A stretch of 64,000 nucleotides of DNA, from positions 67,487-131,486 of the forward strand of contig CANOVB010000005.1 in assembly GCA_947570695.1 (NCBI GenBank), read 5' to 3'. The notes beneath the pieces are model-generated. The model was not told the origin of the DNA, searched no databases, and saw only the letters and a list, made by a program, of their open reading frames with translations. Source of the DNA: an uncultured Clostridium sp. (GTDB lineage: Bacteria > Bacillota > Clostridia > TANB77 > CAG-508). Shown piece after piece: positions 18,477 through 28,180 of this stretch. How positions within the stretch are numbered: position 1 is the first letter of the stretch; each line of letters starts with the position of its first letter. The translations under genes were made by a program, and so were the position numbers.

Positions 18477-18581
18477 GGGGACGTTTGTTAATGGACATTT
18501 TTGTCCGTTAGGGATAGATATTATTTATTTTTTAAACATCTGTAATAAAGAGGACAAAAATGTCCATTAACAAACGTCCCC
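18477..18581. repeat. Palindromic element PE-30: perfect 30-bp inverted repeats with a 45-bp spacer, inside the spoVAC-spoVAD intergenic region
   Basis: ggggacgtttgttaatggacatttttgtcc (18477-18506) and its exact reverse complement (18552-18581). The same arms recur at 47584-47647. Confidence 0.9.
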
Positions 18582-18590
18582 AAAAGGATA

Positions 18591-19055
18591 TCAAACTAGT
18601 GTTAAACTTTGAGTATTAAATATAATGTAAATTAAACCAACAATAATACTTGAAGAAATACCATACACAAGAACTGGTCCTGCAATAGTAAACATTTTTG
18701 CGCCAACACCCATTACATATCCTTCTGATTTATATTCCATAGCAGGTGAAACAATAGAATTTGCAAATCCAGTTATAGGTACTAAAGAACCAGCACCAGC
18801 AAATTTACCAATTTTGTTAAATATATTTAATCCTGTTAAAAAAGCACTAGCAAATACTAAAAGCATAGATACAATAGTATAAGAATTTGTTTCATCTATT
18901 CCACGGATTTTACACATTTCAAAAATGATTTGACCAATAGCACAAATTAATCCGCCAACCCAAAATGCATTAAAACAATTTTTTAATATTGGAGAATTAG
19001 GCGTTTTTTCATCTACATAGGTTTGATATTCTTCTTTACTTTGAATAGGTTTCAA
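18591..19055 (-). CDS. spoVAC: Stage V sporulation protein AC
   Basis: TPNSPILKNCFNAFWVGGLICAIGQ...GAGSLVPITGFANSIVSPAMEYKSEG is typical SpoVAC. TTG start 7 nt after AAAGGAGA. Confidence 0.9.
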   Translation of the reverse strand: MKPIQSKEEYQTYVDEKTPNSPILKNCFNAFWVGGLICAIGQIIFEMCKIRGIDETNSYTIVSMLLVFASAFLTGLNIFNKIGKFAGAGSLVPITGFANSIVSPAMEYKSEGYVMGVGAKMFTIAGPVLVYGISSSIIVGLIYIIFNTQSLTLV

Positions 19056-19255
19056 AAAATCATCTCCTTTTTATAAATTTTAAACTTATATTTTCCAAAA
19101 AATACATTTGTTATTCATATAAATTTCATAAAATTTTAATAAAATCGTAAAATAGAAAAATATTTTAATATTGAAATAAATCAGAAACTTATATTTTTAC
19201 TAGATTGAAATATTTTCTATCCAAGCTTTCTAAAAAGAAAAAAGGAGATTTAAAT

Positions 19256-21205
19256 ATGGATAAATATTTAAAATTATTAAGTAAAACTTATAAAAATATT
19301 CAAGAAGTTAGTGAAGAAATTATAAATCTTCAAGCAATTTTAAACCTTCCAAAAGGAACAGAATTGTTTTTAAGTGATATTCATGGAGAATATGAAGCAT
19401 TTATACATATTCTTAATAATGGTTCAGGTATAATAAAAAGTAAAATCGAAGATATATATGAAAAAACATTGGATGAAGAAAGTAGAAAAGATTTAGCAAC
19501 TTTAATTTATTATCCAGAAGAAAAACTTAATATGATAAAAAAAGAAAAAAGTAATTTAAATGAATGGTATAAAATTACTTTATATAGATTAATTGAGGTA
19601 ACTAAGGCTGTGAGCTCAAAATATACTCGTTCAAAGGTAAGAAAGGCAATGCCTAAGGGGTTTGATTATATAATAGATGAACTTTTACATCTTCAAGGAG
19701 AAGATGCAAACAAAGAAAAATATTATAAACAGATTGTTGAAAGTATTATTGATTTAAATAGAGCAGATAATTTTATTGTAGCAATTTCTGAATTAATTAA
19801 AAGAATGGCAATAGATCATTTGCATATAGTTGGAGATATTTATGATAGGGGACCAGGAGCCCCGATTATAATGGATAAATTAATGGATTTCCACAGTTTG
19901 GATATAGAATGGGGAAATCATGACATACTTTGGATGGGAGCTGCTACTGGAAATGAAGCATGTATTAGTAATGTTGTAAGAATTTGTAGTAGATATGATA
20001 ATTTAGCAACATTAGAAGAAGGGTATGGAATTAATATTAGACCATTATCAATTTTTGCAACTGAAATGTACAAAGATGATGAATGCAAAGCATTTCTTCC
20101 AAGAAATAAGGAAATGTCTAAATATAGTAATACTGATAAAATTGTTTTATCAAAAATTCAAAAAGCAATATCAGTAATTCAATTTAAAGTAGAAGGACAG
20201 CTTATAAAGAAACATCCAGAATATAAAATGAAAGATAGATTACTACTTGACAAGATTGATTTTGAAAAAGGAGTAGTAAAAATAGATGGTAAAGAATATA
20301 AATTAAATGATATTAATTTTCCTACTATAGATATAAAAAATCCATATAAACTAACAAAAGAAGAAAAAGAAATTATGGAAAGATTAAAAAATTCTTTTAT
20401 GCATAGTGAAAAATTAAATGCTCATGTTAATTTTCTATATTCTAAAGGGCATGTTTATAAAAAATTTAATTCTAATATATTATTTCATGGTTGCATACCA
20501 ATGAAGGAAAATGGAGAATTTGATAAAGTAGAAATTTTAGGCAAATCACTAAAAGGCAAAGAACTATTAGATCATATAGAAAATGTTGCACATAAAGCTT
20601 ATTTTGGAGAGCCAAATGAGGCAAATCAAGAAGCAATAGATTTAATGTGGTATTTTTGGTGCGGTCCAAAATCACCATTATTTGGTAAAGACAAAGCCGC
20701 TACTTTTGAGAGATATTTCCTTGATGAAAAAGAGCTACATAAAGAGCATAAAAATCCTTATTATAGTTTAATAAATAGCGAAGAAATTTGTGATAAAATA
20801 TTAGAAAACTTTGAAACAAGTATTGAAGAGGGACATATAATAAATGGGCATGTACCAGTAAAAGCGAAAGATGGAGAAAGTCCTGTAAAAGCTGGTGGAA
20901 AAATGATAGTTATTGATGGTGGTTTTGCAAAAGCATATCAACCAACCACTGGAATTGCTGGTTATACATTGACTTATAATTCACACGGATTGGTTTTAGC
21001 AATGAATGAACCTTTTGAATCAAAAGCAAAAGCTATAAAAGAAGGATTAGATATTAGAACTCAAACAGTTTTAAAAGAAGATGTTGTAAGTAGAAAAAGT
21101 GTTGCTGATACAGATATAGGAAAAAAATTGCAAGAAGAGATTTCAGATTTAAAACAATTATTAATTGCATATAGAGAAGGTGTTTTAAAAGAAAATTTAC
21201 AATAA
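19256..21205 (+). CDS. fbp: Fructose-1,6-bisphosphatase class 3
   Basis: MDKYLKLLSKTY...LSDIHGEYEAF...VGDIYDRGP...WGNHD are metallophosphatase motifs in the class-3 FBPase context. ATG 19256 follows AAAGGAGA. Confidence 0.92.
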   Translation: MDKYLKLLSKTYKNIQEVSEEIINLQAILNLPKGTELFLSDIHGEYEAFIHILNNGSGIIKSKIEDIYEKTLDEESRKDLATLIYYPEEKLNMIKKEKSNLNEWYKITLYRLIEVTKAVSSKYTRSKVRKAMPKGFDYIIDELLHLQGEDANKEKYYKQIVESIIDLNRADNFIVAISELIKRMAIDHLHIVGDIYDRGPGAPIIMDKLMDFHSLDIEWGNHDILWMGAATGNEACISNVVRICSRYDNLATLEEGYGINIRPLSIFATEMYKDDECKAFLPRNKEMSKYSNTDKIVLSKIQKAISVIQFKVEGQLIKKHPEYKMKDRLLLDKIDFEKGVVKIDGKEYKLNDINFPTIDIKNPYKLTKEEKEIMERLKNSFMHSEKLNAHVNFLYSKGHVYKKFNSNILFHGCIPMKENGEFDKVEILGKSLKGKELLDHIENVAHKAYFGEPNEANQEAIDLMWYFWCGPKSPLFGKDKAATFERYFLDEKELHKEHKNPYYSLINSEEICDKILENFETSIEEGHIINGHVPVKAKDGESPVKAGGKMIVIDGGFAKAYQPTTGIAGYTLTYNSHGLVLAMNEPFESKAKAIKEGLDIRTQTVLKEDVVSRKSVADTDIGKKLQEEISDLKQLLIAYREGVLKENLQ

Positions 21206-21231
21206 ATGTTATATAAAAGATTCAACAAATA

Positions 21232-21335
21232 TTATATGCAAATTAAATGATGTCAATATTAAAATGTTGATATACTGATGCAGGAAAAGTTAAAACTTAA
21301 CAGTATTAGTAACTTGATATACAAACAAATTTTGA
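21232..21335 (+). repeat. Intergenic repeat family IGR-2 (free-standing copy)
   Basis: About 78 nt (21241-21312) align at roughly 80% identity by eye with 6870-6945, e.g. caatattaaaa(t/a)(g/a)ttgatatactgat...taaaacttaa(c/at)agtattagtaa. Confidence 0.7.
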
Positions 21336-21475
21336 AGGAGAATAAAATAAATTATAAATAAATTATGGAAACACAAGTAAATTAATTAAATAAAGCTCAT
21401 ATAAACATAAAATTAATTAGTTAAATAAATTATGGAAAAAAGTAAAATAAAATTGAATGTATAGAAAAATTATTA

Positions 21476-21522
21476 GAAAAGAGAAAAACCCATAAAATAA
21501 GCGAGTTTTTCTCTTTTTTTCT
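21476..21522. terminator. Rho-independent terminator about 270 nt downstream of fbp
   Basis: aaaagagaaaaac-N15-gtttttctctttt followed by a T-run. Confidence 0.7.
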
Positions 21523-21648
21523 AAGTCAAACTATTGACATTTTTTGTAAAAAAAGATATAAATATACATATAAAAGTGAAATAAAATGTGATATTATATG
21601 TTTATGTAAAAAAATGTGTTTTTTTACTGTAAACAAAGGAGAAATGTA

Positions 21649-23262
21649 ATGTTAAGCTGTTTGGGAATTTATGTAGATAAAAACTTAATAAAATACGCAA
21701 AATTAAAAAAGAACAAAGATACATTAAAAGTTGAAGCTTTTAATGTTGAAGCTTTTGAGAATTTAGATGTTGCATTAAAAAAAGTTATAAATGAAACAAA
21801 CAGTTCAAGAATTCCAATAAGTATAAATATATCAGATGAGCTTTACAATTATTTTGAAGTATTCTCAGTTTTAGAAAAAAAGGATATTACAAAATCTTTA
21901 GATATAGAATTTGAAATGTTATGTGATTCAAGAGGATATGATAAAAGTTTGCTTGAATCAAGATATATTTTAATGGAAAACAAAAATAATTATGATAAAT
22001 ATAAATCATTATATATATCTGCAAATAAAAATGAAATAGATAGAAAATTGAGTATTCTTTCAGAGTATAAATTAGCTTCAATGACACCAGTTTCAACAAG
22101 TATAACAAATCTTATTGAACCAAAACAGGGCGAAAATATTGCAATTATTAATATAGAAAATGAAACAAAAATTACAACTATAATAGATGGTCAAATTAGT
22201 AGAGTTGATGTTTTAAATTCAGGAATGGATGAGATATCACAAAAAATAAATAAAATAGAATTATCATGGAAAAAAGCTTATGATGTGTATAAAAATATTA
22301 CAATTTATGCTCATGAAGTTTTAAGCTTAGAAGAAGATGAGAATGAATATATAGATATTGTAATGCCAGTTTTATATAAAATAGCAAATGAATCAAAAAA
22401 AATAATTAATACTTCTAAAGATAGAATAGACAAAGTTTATATAACAGGTACAGGTGCAACAATTAATAATGTTGATTTATATTTCCAAGAGTTTTTTAAA
22501 AAAGCAAAATGTGAAATATTAAAACCATTTTTTATTGATTCTAGTTCTTTAAAAGTACCAGCAAAAGAATATATAGAAGTAAATTCTGCTATTGCACTTG
22601 CCTTAGATGGATTAGGGTATGTAAATAAAGATTTAAATTTTGCACCAGTATCCAAATTTGATAATATAGATATTGAAACAATAATGAATTCTAAAGATAA
22701 TATAGATTTTAAAAATTGGAAAAATTCATTTAAATCACCTTTTGATATACAAGAAAAAATGATAGCAAGAGGAATTGCAGTATTTTTAATAGCAACTATT
22801 GGTTTTTCTGTAATGGGAACTAGTATTATGAATCAAATAAGTTTGCAAAAAGATGAAGCAAAAGAACAGCTAACTCAAACTATTGCTCAAATATCAACAA
22901 TGGAGAGTGAACTTTCAAGAATAGAAAGTCAGACCAATCAATATGCTACTTTGATTAATAGCGTAGATTCTTTAAATGAAGCAAATGCTAGTGTTCAAAA
23001 TAGTAGAATAATATCTAAAGGTGCTATACCAAATTTATTAACAAGAATAATGTTTATAATACCGCAACAAGTACAAGTTATTTCAATAGAAAATAAAGAA
23101 GGTAAACATATTATTATAGAGGCTGTATCAGAAAAATATGAACAATTAGGTTACTTTTCAGCTGCAATAAAAAATGATGGTATGCTTCAAAATATTCAAT
23201 CAACAAGTGCTACAAAAAGTGATTCACTTGTTCAAATTACAATAGAAGGAGATTTACCATGA
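21649..23262 (+). CDS. Type IV pilus assembly protein, PilM-PilN fusion
   Basis: N-terminal actin-like ATPase-fold region (LGIYVDKNLIKYAKL..., ITGTGATINN), then a TM segment (IAVFLIATIGFSVMG) and a coiled coil, as in clostridial PilMN. ATG 21649 follows AAAGGAGA. Confidence 0.7.
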   Translation: MLSCLGIYVDKNLIKYAKLKKNKDTLKVEAFNVEAFENLDVALKKVINETNSSRIPISINISDELYNYFEVFSVLEKKDITKSLDIEFEMLCDSRGYDKSLLESRYILMENKNNYDKYKSLYISANKNEIDRKLSILSEYKLASMTPVSTSITNLIEPKQGENIAIINIENETKITTIIDGQISRVDVLNSGMDEISQKINKIELSWKKAYDVYKNITIYAHEVLSLEEDENEYIDIVMPVLYKIANESKKIINTSKDRIDKVYITGTGATINNVDLYFQEFFKKAKCEILKPFFIDSSSLKVPAKEYIEVNSAIALALDGLGYVNKDLNFAPVSKFDNIDIETIMNSKDNIDFKNWKNSFKSPFDIQEKMIARGIAVFLIATIGFSVMGTSIMNQISLQKDEAKEQLTQTIAQISTMESELSRIESQTNQYATLINSVDSLNEANASVQNSRIISKGAIPNLLTRIMFIIPQQVQVISIENKEGKHIIIEAVSEKYEQLGYFSAAIKNDGMLQNIQSTSATKSDSLVQITIEGDLP

Positions 23263-23927
23263 GAAAATTAGTATTAATTGTTGTACTTATATTAACAGGA
23301 ATATTGTGTTTTTCAGTAATATTTTTTGGAATTAAAATTGGAAATTTTAAAATAAGTAGTTATAGTGAAATTGAAGCTGAAAATGGATTAAGAAAAACAT
23401 TATTAGTAGATTTAAATGAAAAAAATTCAGTTGAATTTACATCTAAACAATCTTCTTTAGACACAGCTGTTAACCAATATGAAACTAAAAAAGCAGAGTA
23501 TGAAGAATTAGTAGCAAAAGGTGAAATAGCAGATATATCAACATATAATTCAGTAGATTTATATGATTTAGATTTTCTATATACAGTAATAGGAAATTAT
23601 GCTACAGAAAAAGGTGTTGCTTTATCATTAGATATTTTTAGAAGTTCTAATGCAACATCAAAATCTGAAGAATATACAATTTGTGATTTGAATTTTACAA
23701 TAACAGGAGACTATATATCAATAACAGAATTTATTTCTAGTTTAGAAGATAATGATCAACTAAGTTTTGAGATAAGGGATTTTATGTTAGAAAAAGGTGG
23801 GGAAAACTTGCAAGCTACTTTTGTAGTAAAAGAAGTCCCTATTAATAGTAAAGACTTATTATCTGTGCCAACATCTGCACAGTCAACTTATGATGAAATG
23901 TTAAATTCAAATGGTTCAAATAATTAA
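23259..23927 (+). CDS. PilO-like pilus assembly protein (N-terminal TM plus coiled coil)
   Basis: Translationally coupled to pilMN by a 4-nt overlap. The call rests on TM plus coiled-coil architecture and gene context only. Confidence 0.5.
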   Translation: MRKLVLIVVLILTGILCFSVIFFGIKIGNFKISSYSEIEAENGLRKTLLVDLNEKNSVEFTSKQSSLDTAVNQYETKKAEYEELVAKGEIADISTYNSVDLYDLDFLYTVIGNYATEKGVALSLDIFRSSNATSKSEEYTICDLNFTITGDYISITEFISSLEDNDQLSFEIRDFMLEKGGENLQATFVVKEVPINSKDLLSVPTSAQSTYDEMLNSNGSNN

Positions 23928-23960
23928 AATTAGATTTGATTTAGAAGGAATGGTAAGAAA

Positions 23961-24563
23961 ATGGGTAGTAAAATAGCAAAAGAGATATTTATAATTGTGT
24001 TACTTCTTATAGTAGTACTTTTTACGATAGGAATTTTATTTTATGAATTTATACCTTCAAAAAATGAAAATATAAGTTCTTCAAAATATACACCAACAGA
24101 TAAGGTTGTTGCAACACTTGCCGAAATACAAGAAAATGGCGGCATCGATTATTCTAAAGGTGATAATACAAATTCATTATTAAAATCTTATAGTATAAAT
24201 AAAAGTGATTTAAGTGGATATCAATCTGAAAATTATTATGAGAGTGGAAAAAAAGATCCTTTTGCAGAATATTCAGAATCAGTTGCAGAAGAAGTAATAA
24301 AAGAACCTAAAGTAAATACAGTAGATAATAATAAAGTAAAAGATAAAAATACAGTTAGTAATACGGTAACAAAAAAAGAACCAAATACTACTAATACAGT
24401 AACAAATACTACCCCAAATAATACTACAAATACTTCTTCAAGCAGTTCAGAATCATTAACAGAATATTTAAAAAATAAAAATAAAAATACAACAAAAGAT
24501 CAAAATAAAACAGACAATAATTCATCTACAGGAATATATTTTGAAAAGAAAGATTCAAAATAA
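23961..24563 (+). CDS. Hypothetical membrane-anchored protein with a T/N-rich tail (pilus cluster)
   Basis: N-terminal TM IFIIVLLLIVVLFTIGILFY. Low-complexity NTTNT C-terminus. Confidence 0.5.
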   Translation: MGSKIAKEIFIIVLLLIVVLFTIGILFYEFIPSKNENISSSKYTPTDKVVATLAEIQENGGIDYSKGDNTNSLLKSYSINKSDLSGYQSENYYESGKKDPFAEYSESVAEEVIKEPKVNTVDNNKVKDKNTVSNTVTKKEPNTTNTVTNTTPNNTTNTSSSSSESLTEYLKNKNKNTTKDQNKTDNNSSTGIYFEKKDSK

Positions 24564-24581
24564 AATTTAAGGAGAATAGTT

Positions 24582-24752
24582 ATGAAATCACAAAAAGGAA
24601 TGGGCAGAGTACAATTTTTAGTAGCAGTAGTGGCATTAATATTAATAGCTGGAGCAGCGACTTATACACTTATAGATAGTTATAATTCTTCAAAAGAAAA
24701 CAGAAAAGTTATACCAAATACAAATACCAGTAATACCAACACATTAAATTAG
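24582..24752 (+). CDS. 56-aa membrane peptide (pilus cluster)
   Basis: ATG 24582 lies 7 nt after AAGGAGA. Sequence MKSQKGMGRVQFLVAVVALILIAGAATYTLIDSY... It is below the ORF-track size cut-off. Confidence 0.45.
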   Translation: MKSQKGMGRVQFLVAVVALILIAGAATYTLIDSYNSSKENRKVIPNTNTSNTNTLN

Positions 24753-24830
24753 ATTTTATATTTAAAACTTATAGGCATGTACATTTGAATATTAATGTAT
24801 ATGCCTATTTATGTAATTAGGTTAAAAAGT

Positions 24831-25856
24831 ATGGAAGAAAAAAATAAGTTTGTTAAAAATAATTTTATATCATTTGATGTTATTTTTTCAATTTTTGTAA
24901 TTTTATCAATAATAGCGATTATTACAATAGTATGTACTAAAATAAATTTGGAACTTCAAATAGTGAGGAAAAAAGCACGAGCTATAATAATAATTACAAA
25001 CATAGTAGAAAATATAAATTCTAGGAATTATACAGAGTTTGAAAAATATATTCAAGAAATTTCTATGATAGGAATTTCTAAAAAGATGGAAACTAATTTT
25101 CAAAATATAATTGTTGATGGAAATGAATGTAATGAAACATTTCTAGGGACACAGATTCCTAATGGCTATGTGCTTGAACTTGAAATTGATGGTTCAAAAG
25201 ATATATTTTCATTAGAAAAACAAATAAAAATAAATATAAAATTTTTAGTAGGTTCTTCAGAATATAATCAGAAAATTACTACAAGTATTGAGAGCGAGAA
25301 AATAAGTGAATGTAATAGCCCAATTATTTCAGATGAGTATTTTGAGCCTTTAGGGATAAGTACATATTATTATAATATTATACCTATTAAATATTCGAAT
25401 GAGGAAAAAGCTTATGTAAAAACAACAATAGGGGATAAAGAGTGGTATAACTATTCCGCAAAAGAATGGGCAAGAGTTTTAGTGTTTTTGAAAGATGGAG
25501 AAGATATAGAGGGAAGATTTATTAATTCTAATGGAGTGGTAAAAAATATAGCAGAATTTGATGGATATAGTATTGACGTAAATAACTATATGTATGTATG
25601 GATACCTAATTTTTCAATAAAGGAAAATACTTCTTATTTTAGATATAAAACAGGAAAAAATGTTATAAAAATGGATTTATCTCATGCTAATGATAAAATA
25701 TTAAATATAAATACAGTAGGAGAAAATGTTGAAGATGTCTCAAAAACTTGTAGTTTTGAAGGAATATATGGAGTTTGGAAAAAGCTTGGAGATGAAACAG
25801 ACGAGTATTATAGTTATTTTAATCTTACAAAATATGCTCCTATAAATATGCATTAA
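24831..25856 (+). CDS. Hypothetical protein with a pilin-like N-terminal hydrophobic helix (possible large minor pilin)
   Basis: KNN-FISFDVIFSIFVILSIIAIIT has an acidic residue at +5 but no Gly at -1. The hairpin ataggcat..atgcctat (24772-24812) covers the alternative ATG at 24795, so ATG 24831 is preferred. Confidence 0.4.
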   Translation: MEEKNKFVKNNFISFDVIFSIFVILSIIAIITIVCTKINLELQIVRKKARAIIIITNIVENINSRNYTEFEKYIQEISMIGISKKMETNFQNIIVDGNECNETFLGTQIPNGYVLELEIDGSKDIFSLEKQIKINIKFLVGSSEYNQKITTSIESEKISECNSPIISDEYFEPLGISTYYYNIIPIKYSNEEKAYVKTTIGDKEWYNYSAKEWARVLVFLKDGEDIEGRFINSNGVVKNIAEFDGYSIDVNNYMYVWIPNFSIKENTSYFRYKTGKNVIKMDLSHANDKILNINTVGENVEDVSKTCSFEGIYGVWKKLGDETDEYYSYFNLTKYAPINMH

Positions 25857-25889
25857 TAAAATAATAAAAAATTAAAGAAAGGAGGAAAT

Positions 25890-27161
25890 ATGGCTAATAG
25901 TTTTATATGTAAAGTTCTTACTCCACAAGGACAAGTAGTAAAAATTAAAATGACTGAAAATGATAAAATTGAATGTTTAAAGAAACTAAAAAGAAATGGA
26001 ATGACACCAATTAGTATAAAGCATTCATTAAGCAAATTTAAAAGTTTAGAAAAAGGAACCGCAAAGATATATTCAAAAAGAAAAAATGTGAAAAAAAATA
26101 ACATAATAATTCAATTATCTAATAGAGTATCTACACAAGAAATAAAAGTATTTACACAAGATTTTTATATGTTAAAGAAATCTAATTTTACTAGTGAACA
26201 TGCATTAAAAACAATTATAAGTAATACCAAAAACCTAGAACTAAAAAGAGTTCTAAATATAATGCTAAAAAGTATACAAAAAGGAATACCTCTGTATAAA
26301 ACTATGGAAGAATATAAAAACATATTTCCTTTAGAATATACGTATTTAATAAAAATGGGAGAGTTAACAGGAAAATTAGAAGTTTCTTTAGAATATGTTA
26401 TTAAATATTTAGATAATGAAGAAAAATTAAAATCAAGAATTAACAAGATTTTAATTCCTAATATTATAATGTTCTTATGCATAATAATACTTACGTTTTC
26501 AGCTATTTTAATAGGAATACCATTACTTAAGAATATATTTATGATAAATGGCAGTATTAATATACCAAAAGGTATTTTAGTGATATCAAATATTTTATCT
26601 AAAGTTTTTAAATACTGGTATATTATAGTATTGCTTATAGCAAGCATAATAGTAATTTTTATTAAATTTATAAATTCAGATGAAGGAAAATATAGGTTTG
26701 ATAAATTTATTTGTACTAATATATTATTTGGGAAGATTATATATTTTTTAAATTTTTCTAGGATATTAAGTTCTTTAGAAATTAACTTAAAAAATAAAAT
26801 GAGGCTTCAAGATGCTTTAGATATTAGTAAGAATGTTATAAAAAATACATATATTTTAAATACACTTGAGAAATCGGCCAATAATATTTATATTGGTAAA
26901 TCTTGGATAGAACCTTTGGAGGAAAATTTAAGTCCAATAATAATTGAATTATTAAAAAAAGGATCAAAAAATAATTTAATTGAAGTTATTGAGAAAGTAA
27001 TTGAATATATAAATATTGAGATTGAAAATGAAATGAATAGATTATTAAAAATTTTGCCAGAAATTTCTTATGGAATAGTGGGAATTTCAATATTGATATT
27101 TGTTATTACAGTTTTATTACCTTGTATACAAATATATTTAAGTGGATTTTTATTTAGTTAA
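25890..27161 (+). CDS. pilC: Type II secretion system F family / PilC platform protein
   Basis: Two GspF-type repeats and 3 TM segments. N-terminus FICKVLTPQGQVVKIKMTENDKIECLKKLKRNGMTPISI is typical of PilC. Confidence 0.8.
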   Translation: MANSFICKVLTPQGQVVKIKMTENDKIECLKKLKRNGMTPISIKHSLSKFKSLEKGTAKIYSKRKNVKKNNIIIQLSNRVSTQEIKVFTQDFYMLKKSNFTSEHALKTIISNTKNLELKRVLNIMLKSIQKGIPLYKTMEEYKNIFPLEYTYLIKMGELTGKLEVSLEYVIKYLDNEEKLKSRINKILIPNIIMFLCIIILTFSAILIGIPLLKNIFMINGSINIPKGILVISNILSKVFKYWYIIVLLIASIIVIFIKFINSDEGKYRFDKFICTNILFGKIIYFLNFSRILSSLEINLKNKMRLQDALDISKNVIKNTYILNTLEKSANNIYIGKSWIEPLEENLSPIIIELLKKGSKNNLIEVIEKVIEYINIEIENEMNRLLKILPEISYGIVGISILIFVITVLLPCIQIYLSGFLFS

Positions 27162-27189
27162 AAAATATTTAAAAGGAGTACAAAAGAAA

Positions 27190-28095
27190 ATGGATATAGG
27201 AATTGATTTAGGTGGAAGTCATATAGGAGTAGGAATAATAGAAGATGGAAATTTGATTTCTACAGTAGATAAGTTTTTTTCTAAAGAAGATAGAGAAAAT
27301 ATAGAAGTTGCAATATTAAAAAATATAGAAGAATTAATTAATAGGATATCATTTGAAAATAATTTATCTTTAGATAAGATAAATAAAATAGGAGTGGCAT
27401 CACCAGGAACGATTACAAATGGACACATAATTTCTTGGAATTTGAACTTAAAAAATTTTGATTTACAATCTAAGCTAATAGAAAAATATAATAAACCTGT
27501 TAAAATAAGAAATGATGGAAAATGTGCAGCATTAGCAGAAAAAAAGTATGGATCAATGAAAAATTATAATGATTGTGTATTTATAAATATTGGAACCGGA
27601 ATAGGTGGAGCGGCATTTATTGGTGGAAAACTTTTAGAACCTAAAAGATATTCTGGTTTTGAATTTGGACATATAACACTTGTAAAAGATGGAATACAAT
27701 GTACTTGTGGAAAAAAAGGATGTTTTGAGAGATATGCATCAATAAAAGCTTTAAAAGACAAAATAACTAATACATTAAATATAGATGGAACAGACATTTC
27801 AGGACAATATTTAAGAGAAGAGATAATGGTAAAATATCATAAACAATTAGAAAAGGATATTAACGAATTTATTGATTATTTAAGAATTGGTGTATGTAAT
27901 TTAATAGATATATTTGAACCAGAAGTAGTTTGTTTTGGAGGTAGTTTTTCGTATTATGAAGGACATCCAGTACTAAATAATTTAATTGAAGAAATAGATA
28001 AAAAAGGCTCAAGGTTTAATGAAGGAAAAACTGAAATTGTAACAGCAAATTTAAAAAATGATGCAGGGATAATCGGTTCAGTAATTGATTTTTAG
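27190..28095 (+). CDS. glk: ROK-family glucokinase
   Basis: MDIGIDLGGSHIGVG..., NDGKCAALAE, and the zinc motif GHITLVKDGIQCTCGKKGCFE. ATG 27190 follows AAAAGGAG. Confidence 0.88.
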   Translation: MDIGIDLGGSHIGVGIIEDGNLISTVDKFFSKEDRENIEVAILKNIEELINRISFENNLSLDKINKIGVASPGTITNGHIISWNLNLKNFDLQSKLIEKYNKPVKIRNDGKCAALAEKKYGSMKNYNDCVFINIGTGIGGAAFIGGKLLEPKRYSGFEFGHITLVKDGIQCTCGKKGCFERYASIKALKDKITNTLNIDGTDISGQYLREEIMVKYHKQLEKDINEFIDYLRIGVCNLIDIFEPEVVCFGGSFSYYEGHPVLNNLIEEIDKKGSRFNEGKTEIVTANLKNDAGIIGSVIDF

Positions 28096-28115
28096 TGCTT
28101 AAGTTAGCTTAAAGG

Positions 28116-28144
28116 TTGACATAATTTGAACAGAATGGTATAAT
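28116..28144 (+). promoter_or_regulatory. Near-perfect consensus sigma-A promoter of the GC-rich cassette
   Basis: TTGACA (28116-28121), 17-nt spacer containing TG at 28136-28137, TATAAT (28139-28144). Confidence 0.75.
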
Positions 28145-28180
28145 AAATATTGACCCAAAAACTTTTAGGAGGAAATTGTG

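Noticed and set aside
19056-19204. Sigma-G/sigma-F type forespore promoter upstream of spoVAC
   Set aside because: A GAATA-N17-AAAATA arrangement can be found on the minus strand. However, the -10 lacks the conserved CAT core, so I could not support the call from sequence alone.
24582-24752. 56-aa peptide as a truncated major pilin
   Set aside because: The KG-M... context is suggestive, but position +5 is Gln rather than Glu and the mature part is only about 45 aa of N/T-rich tail. That is insufficient to call it a pilin.
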